Below are positions 9,621 through 14,896 of a DNA stretch of 14,896 nt, one piece after another. The stretch is taken from assembly GCF_006345805.1 (NCBI RefSeq), contig NW_021825658.1:1-14896 (forward strand). Direction: 5' to 3'. Position 1 is the first letter of the stretch. Every line of letters starts with the position of its first letter. The notes under the pieces are model-generated. The model worked only from the letters and a program-made list of their open reading frames with translations. It was not told where the DNA came from and did not search any database. Both the position numbers and the translations under genes were made by a program. The DNA comes from Octopus sinensis. Taxonomy: Eukaryota.

Positions 9621-9680
9621 TGAATGTCTGATGAGCGGTTACAGGAAACTCCAACCCCGCGAATCTCCGTCTTGTGTTCA
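9621..9680 (+). ncRNA. Degenerate type I hammerhead ribozyme
   Basis: TGAATGT-CTGATGA(9628-9634)-GCGG..CCGC-GAAt-C-tcc-GTC-tt-GTGTTCA: perfect stem II base, GAAA>GAAT, GUC triplet, wobble-rich displaced stem I. Confidence 0.55.
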
Positions 9681-9784
9681 GAAGCGCGCGCGCGCAGTGT
9701 GCGTATTTTCTGCGTGCATGTGTGTTGTGATATATAATAGCGTCAGTGTGTATTTTTGCTCGTCTGTGTGTATGTTTCTGTTAT

Positions 9785-10108
9785 CTTTTTCTGTTTCCTG
9801 TTTCATGCGGCCACGCTGGGGCAACGAATCGATCCCAGTATTTATCTTTTATGCCTGGTAAATTAGCGGAGTCGCTAAGTTACGGGGACGTAAGCACACC
9901 AATATCGGTTGTCAAGTTGTGATCCGTGGAAAACACACACACACACACACAACGTAACGTACATATATATACGACGGGCTTCTTTCAGTGTCCGTCTAAC
10001 AAATTCACTCACAAGGCTTTGGTCAGCCTGAGGATATGCTGGAAAACACTTACCCAAGGTGCCACGCAGTGATACTGAACCCGGAACCACGTGTTCGGGA
10101 AGCAAGCT
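9785..10108 (-). mobile_element. SINE family A copy lacking its first ~25 nt (head found at 10868-10899)
   Basis: 9873-10108 is the reverse complement of ~10242-10485; eroded tail at 9785-9860. Confidence 0.9.
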
Positions 10109-10216
10109 TTTTTTTTATTTCATTAAATTGGCTATGGAAGCCGTACACAGATGTAGAAACTGCGGGCTGGATAAAGACATTAATAAGATGAGATGAATGA
10201 TGAACAGGAAGGTATA

Positions 10217-10627
10217 GGCGCAGGAGTGGCTGTGTGGTAAGTAGCTTGCTAACCAACCACATGGTTCTGGGTTCAGTCCCACTGCGTGGCATCTTGGGCA
10301 AGTGTCTTCTGCTATAGCCCCAGGCCGACCAATGCCTTGTGAGTGGATTTGGTAGACGGAAACTGAAAGAAGCCTGTCGTATATATGTATATATATATAT
10401 ATGTGTGTGTTTGTGTGTCTGTGTTTGTCCCCCTAGCATTGCTTGACAACTGATGCTGGTGTGTTTACGTCCCCGTCACTTAGCGGTTCGGCAAAAAAGA
10501 GACCGATAGAATAAGTACTGGGCTTACAAAGAATAAGTACCGGGGTTAATTTGCTCGACTAAAGGCTGTGCTCCAGCATGGCCGCAGTCAAATGACTGAA
10601 ACAAGTAAAAGAGAGTAAAAGAGAGTA
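10217..10627 (+). mobile_element. Near-intact tRNA-derived SINE family A (CORE-like block, internal TA/TG tract)
   Basis: A box TGGCTGTGTGG 10227-10237, B box GGTTCAGTCCC 10270-10280, cttgggcaagtgtctt block, tandem tail (gtaaaagaga)x2; several relatives in the window. Confidence 0.95.
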
Positions 10628-10690
10628 TTAATAAGAGGAGGCTAAAGACGCCCGTCGTTCTTTGCTTCTCTAAAACATTGTTCTTTTGTG

Positions 10691-10868
10691 AACTTACAAT
10701 TTGAGGCAATATTTTTTTGGGGACTCAAGGTCCTTACAATGAGGCACTAAGCTTCTTACCTCAAATGACACCTTGTCCTTGAAATGAGGCACTTGGCCTC
10801 TTACAATTTTCTTCGTATTGGCTATATGTCCTTTCAATATGAGGCACTCATCCTCTTTTACAATTTAC
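10691..10868. repeat. Degenerate spaced direct repeats, core ATGAGGCACT
   Basis: gtcctt..atgaggcact..ct(c)ttac units start at 10730, 10775 and 10828; partial unit at 10691-10710. Confidence 0.75.
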
Positions 10869-10899
10869 AAGCTCCTTGCCACACAGCCACGCTTACGCC
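10868..10899 (-). mobile_element. Detached 5' head of SINE family A
   Basis: Reverse complement ggcgtaagcgtggctgtgtggcaaggagcttg matches 10217-10248. Confidence 0.8.
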
Positions 10900-10929
10900 T
10901 ATATATATGTATAATATTTGCATATTTCT

Positions 10930-10991
<62 letters not shown>

Positions 10992-11062
10992 ATGTGTGTG
11001 TGTGTCTGTGTGTGTGTCTGTGTGTGTGTGTCTGTGTGTATGTCTCTGTGTGTGTGTATGTA
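10930..11062. repeat. (CA)n(TA)n(TG)n compound microsatellite
   Basis: Directly visible. Confidence 0.95.
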
Positions 11063-11450
11063 TATTTGCATATTTCCAGGGCTTAATAATAAAATAACAG
11101 AAATCATTATCAGTTACTCTCAAACTATAAAATGCGTTTCATCATTCACCTTTTTTCCATGCAAAAATTACCAATATTTTGGATGGCCATGGAGCGGGAA
11201 AGAATATTGAACATGGCGGTGGTTGGACATTATTACTGAAAAATAATAGCCTGATTGATCCAATCTTATTCCAGTTCTTGAAGTCTTTGAGAAATTTAAT
11301 AACACCGAGCAGTAGCAGCAGATATTTTCTTTACTTGATCGGAGCTGATGAAACGAGATACTTGCTTAAAATTCTCATATGTGGACATGAAACGAACACT
11401 CCCGGCCAATAACGTTCCAATGAACAGATATTATTATATTAACTAACAGA

Positions 11451-11488
11451 CTGCTACTACTACTGCTGCTGCTGCTGCTGCTACTACT

Positions 11489-11567
<79 letters not shown>

Positions 11568-11676
11568 CACCCACCACCACCACCACCACACCACCACCAC
11601 CAGCACCACCACTGCCGCCGCCGCCGCCACCACGGCCGCCACCACCACTGCCACCACCACCACCACCACCACCACC

Positions 11677-11728
<52 letters not shown>

Positions 11729-12657
11729 GAATAAGAACAGTGGCAGTAGTATTTGTAACAACAATAAAAATAGCAATAAAAACAACATTAATAATAACAA
11801 CAACAACAACAACAATAACAACAACAACAACAACAGTAGTAATAATGATATAGCGAGGCCAGTAATAACATTGTCGCATCAATAATGCTAGTAGTGGCAG
11901 CAGCGTTAGAAGAAGTTAAAAGTAATGATAATGGTGATGATGATGGTGATGATGAGGTGATGGTGAGATGATGATGATGAGGAGGAGGTGGAGGTGGAGA
12001 ATGGTGATGATAAGACCAATCTCTTGTAAACCAACAGCTATAACGATGACCTACTAAACTCGTAACACAACGACTTATGTATCATCAACGCAGCTCTCAC
12101 CGTTATCATCATCATCATCATCATCATCACCATTATCACTATCAATATCTTAATCCACCCACCATCACCACCACCATCATCACCACTACCACCATCGTCA
12201 TTATCATTGTCATTGCTATCGTCACCATCATCAACATCATCACCATTATCATCATGATCATCACCACAACCCAACCACGAACACCACCACTATCATAACC
12301 ACCACCTTCATTATAACCACAACCACCGCCACCACCTCCTCCAGGTCGCCCCCGCCGCTGCCGTCATCACCATCACCACTATCACCTCCATCAACTACCA
12401 ATATCACCACCACCATCACCATCATTATCACTACCATCGTCATTCTAACCGTTGTCGTCGTCGTCGCCACAGTCTTTGTAAACAACAACAACAACATCAA
12501 CAACAACACAACACAACAACAGTATCCACAGCACACTAGAGCGCGAAGGGAAGCAGCAATATCCGTAACTATGGTAACGAAATAATAAATTATTTATATA
12601 TTTATTTAGTAACACAATATATCAACGACACGGACAATAATTGAAATATCAGCTAAT

Positions 12658-12704
<47 letters not shown>

Positions 12705-12860
12705 AAACATCATCAACAGCAGTAATGACAACAGCAACAAAAACAACAATAATTAGTGCTGCTCGATTGGGACTGAAATATCAGCTAATACCAGCAACAG
12801 CAGCAGCAGCGGCCACAACATCCTCAACAGCAGCAATAATAACAACAACAGCAACGGTTG
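11451..12860. repeat. 1.4 kb mosaic of trinucleotide repeats (CTA, CTG, CCA, CCG, CAA, GAT, GAG, CAT, CAG)
   Basis: Directly visible; phase slips at ~11490, ~11571 and ~11590. Confidence 0.95.
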
Positions 12861-13067
12861 CGGTGACGGCGGCAAGGTTGATTGCTGTCATTTGACGAAA
12901 AGGGAGTCGGTTGTTGCATTTATTGAATTACCTGCCCTTGAATTAAAGTGTCCATAACTGAAATATTGTTCCTTCGAAGAGTCCCTGGAATACCATTACT
13001 CAGGAGGGTGCCTAGCTAGGAGATCAAGCAGTTTCTCCCGGTCAAGCTGCTATTCCTATGCATTAAG

Positions 13068-13102
13068 AGGTCATAGCTCTGGTACTAGGTCATAGCTCTG
13101 GT
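13068..13102. repeat. 16 bp exact direct repeat aggtcatagctctggt, 19 bp period
   Basis: Copies at 13068-13083 and 13087-13102. Confidence 0.9.
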
Positions 13103-13107
13103 GATTA

Positions 13108-13409
13108 GGGTAAAAGACCCCGTTCGGTCATGAATAACCATGGGATTGCACCTAGAAAGTTCCCCTCCGAGCCACAAGTTCGGGCAAGGTGGTTTATGCA
13201 GTCGCCCATGCATACAAGCTTCCTCTCTCCATGCCACCGATGTTATCCAAGCGAAAGGCAAAGGCCGAGACAGCTTGGCACTAGTGATGTCGCAACGTGA
13301 AATAAAGTGTCTTGCTCAAGAATACAACACACAGCCCGGTCCGGAAATCGAACTCACTACCTTATGATTTTGGGCTCGACGCTCTAGCCATTGAGCAATG
13401 CACCTTCAC
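13108..13409 (-). mobile_element. tRNA-derived SINE with a family B head and a different 3' body
   Basis: B box GAGTTCGATTTCC 13343-13355; gcaacgtgaaataaagtgtcttgctcaag shared with 6891-6919; 13108-13290 is unrelated to 6690-6860 and its 3' limit rests on recall of the family. Confidence 0.75.
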
Positions 13410-13546
13410 CCCACCCATATATATATATATCTATCTTGTATTTTATTGTGCAGTTTTATTGTTACGTCCTGTTTGTGTTACATTTTTTACGTGCTTGTTT
13501 TACCCCTCTGCGAGGTTATTTTATTTTAATTGTCTCGCAAGAAGGC

Positions 13547-13601
13547 CTAGTATTGACGAGTCGTGTCCTGTCTTGCTTTCGAAACACGCTAAGTCTACTA
13601 G
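13547..13601 (+). ncRNA. Type I hammerhead ribozyme candidate (C3>U), followed by a second CTGATGA at 13608
   Basis: CTAGTA-TTGACGA-G..C-GAAA-C-acgctaa-GTC-TACTAG: perfect 6 bp stem I in register, G-C closing pair, GUC triplet; rest of stem II weak. Confidence 0.6.
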
Positions 13602-13963
13602 CGACAGCTGATGATTGGGGATTTTCCTTGTGTAGCTTGTCCTGTACCTTGTTTTTCTGTTGTAAATAATGTTTTTCCCGTTTTCGTTCTCGTCCTGTTC
13701 CACGTCTCTGTCTTTCTGTTGTAAAAAAATGACTTTTCCGTTTTCGTTTCTGTCGAGTTCTACGTCTTTTTGTGGTGTCCTGTACTTACGTATATATATA
13801 TTTATATATGCATGTATATATACATGTAGATGTAGGTACGTACATATATGTTTGTATGTATGCATATATTTTATTTATTACACTATTGTCTGACAGCGCT
13901 TCGCGTCGGGTTCGTTCGATTCTTCGCTTCGTTCCGTTTCTTATCCTCCCAGTATTGTTTTAT

Positions 13964-13966
<3 letters not shown>

Positions 13967-14022
<56 letters not shown>
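13967..14022. repeat. (CA)n(TA)n microsatellite
   Basis: Directly visible. Confidence 0.95.
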
Positions 14023-14023
<1 letters not shown>

Positions 14024-14126
14024 CCGGAGTAAACACATAAATGTGAAACAAGGTGGAAAAAAGAGTACTCAAATACCAGTGGTAGAGTAATATGCTTTAT
14101 TTAAAGCAGCAGAAAATTTAACAAAA

Positions 14127-14150
14127 CCTGTTACTCTGAGTTTCACGTTC
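14127..14150 (-). ncRNA. 3' half of a hammerhead motif truncated at (AT)n
   Basis: Minus strand gaacgt-GAAA-CTC-a-GAG-TA-acagg: near-palindromic stem III and GUA triplet; no CUGANGA half. Confidence 0.35.
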
Positions 14151-14167
14151 ATATATATATATGTATC

Positions 14168-14203
<36 letters not shown>

Positions 14204-14360
14204 TATCATCATTATCATCATGATGCCTAGGCTGGCACGCTGGAAGGCTGCGTGAAGCTCCAGTCTGATTTGGCATGGTTTTCTACCGCTGGATGCCCTT
14301 CCTAAATCCAACCACTCCGTGACTGTAATCGGTGCTTTTATGTGTCACCTGCACGGTTAC
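14168..14360 (-). mobile_element. Retroposon 3' fragment with (GAT)n tail
   Basis: Minus strand gtggttggatttaggaagggcatccagcggtagaaaacc, a motif I recall from animal SINE/LINE repeats, ending in (GAT)n at 14168-14222; no second copy in the window. Confidence 0.5.
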
Positions 14361-14424
14361 CATATCCTACACACAGTTACGCGCGCGCGCGTTCATGTGT
14401 GTGTGTGTGTGTGTCTGTGTGTGT

Positions 14425-14590
14425 GTGCAGGTGCGGCTGTGTGGTAAGAAGCTTGTTTCTCAATCACGTGATTTCGGGTTCAGCTCCACTGCGTGGAACC
14501 TTGGACAAGTGTCTTCTACTATAGTCTCGAGCCAACCAAAGCCATAGGAGTAGAACTGATAAATAGAAACTAAAAGAAGCCTTTCGCATA
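14425..14590 (+). mobile_element. 5' half of SINE family A
   Basis: ggctgtgtggtaagaagcttg, gggttcagctccactgcgtggaaccttggacaagtgtcttctactatag align to 10217-10380. Confidence 0.9.
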
Positions 14591-14797
14591 CACACGCGCG
14601 CGCGCACGCGTGTGTGTGTAATTGCTTTTTAGAAAAGCGAAATTTGAAGCAGATTCGAACATATAAAATATTGGGTAAAAGAACCCTTTAGACAGAAAAA
14701 TTCGAAAGGTTTTCATGCATTTTATCTGCTTCGTGACTGGCAGTTGCAAAGAGACTATTTCACATTCTTTCGAAGTTTATAAATTATATGACGTCAT

Positions 14798-14799
<2 letters not shown>

Positions 14800-14853
<54 letters not shown>
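14800..14853. repeat. (TA)n microsatellite
   Basis: Directly visible. Confidence 0.97.
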
Positions 14854-14856
<3 letters not shown>

Positions 14857-14896
14857 TAGCAAGGATGTCCAGGTATCAGTGCATTACGGCCGTTTC

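Noticed and set aside
10217-10290. tRNA gene
   Set aside because: A and B boxes are present but the sequence continues into a repeated SINE body and no full cloverleaf is evident.
10691-10868. CRISPR-like array
   Set aside because: Only three degenerate units, irregular spacing, eukaryotic context and no cas genes.
11451-12540. Mucin-like or His/Thr-rich coding exon
   Set aside because: Repeat phase slips by 1-2 nt several times and no single frame stays open across the block.
13576-13620. Type II hammerhead using GAAA 13581 with CTGATGA 13608
   Set aside because: No credible stem I between GUC and the box, stem II would be mostly G-U pairs, and the same fold fails in the 4448 copy.
26-14547. 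ORF-track proteins (MYVC, HTYI, YLSI, poly-I/N/V/T/H and SINE-derived ORFs)
   Set aside because: They are translations of microsatellites or SINEs with no recognisable domains; many start at non-ATG codons.
14646-14732. 9 bp inverted repeat gaagcagat/atctgcttc
   Set aside because: Too short, with no TSD or further structure; compatible with chance.

Overview
Non-coding, AT-rich animal DNA packed with microsatellites and interspersed repeats; no host gene can be supported, and nearly all ORF-track entries are translations of simple repeats. From memory (not a search) the SINE families resemble those of Octopus/cephalopods. Recognisable content: three tRNA-type SINE families (a near-intact copy at 10217-10627, a tandem array at 7900-8423), a TA-flanked Tc1/mariner-type MITE (9395-9603), a decayed CR1/Jockey-group LINE 3' end (8430-9052), a probable RTE LINE 3' end (~1945-2203) and a ~385 bp-armed inverted repeat (3677-4640). 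The main unexplained signal is about ten type I hammerhead-ribozyme-shaped motifs on both strands, mostly inside short repeats next to (TA)n tracts. One (2804-2916) has all core nucleotides and a very long stem II. Five share a bipartite layout with a second CTGATGA box downstream, suggesting Penelope-like or retrozyme-like non-autonomous elements. All folds were worked out by eye; none has been tested.
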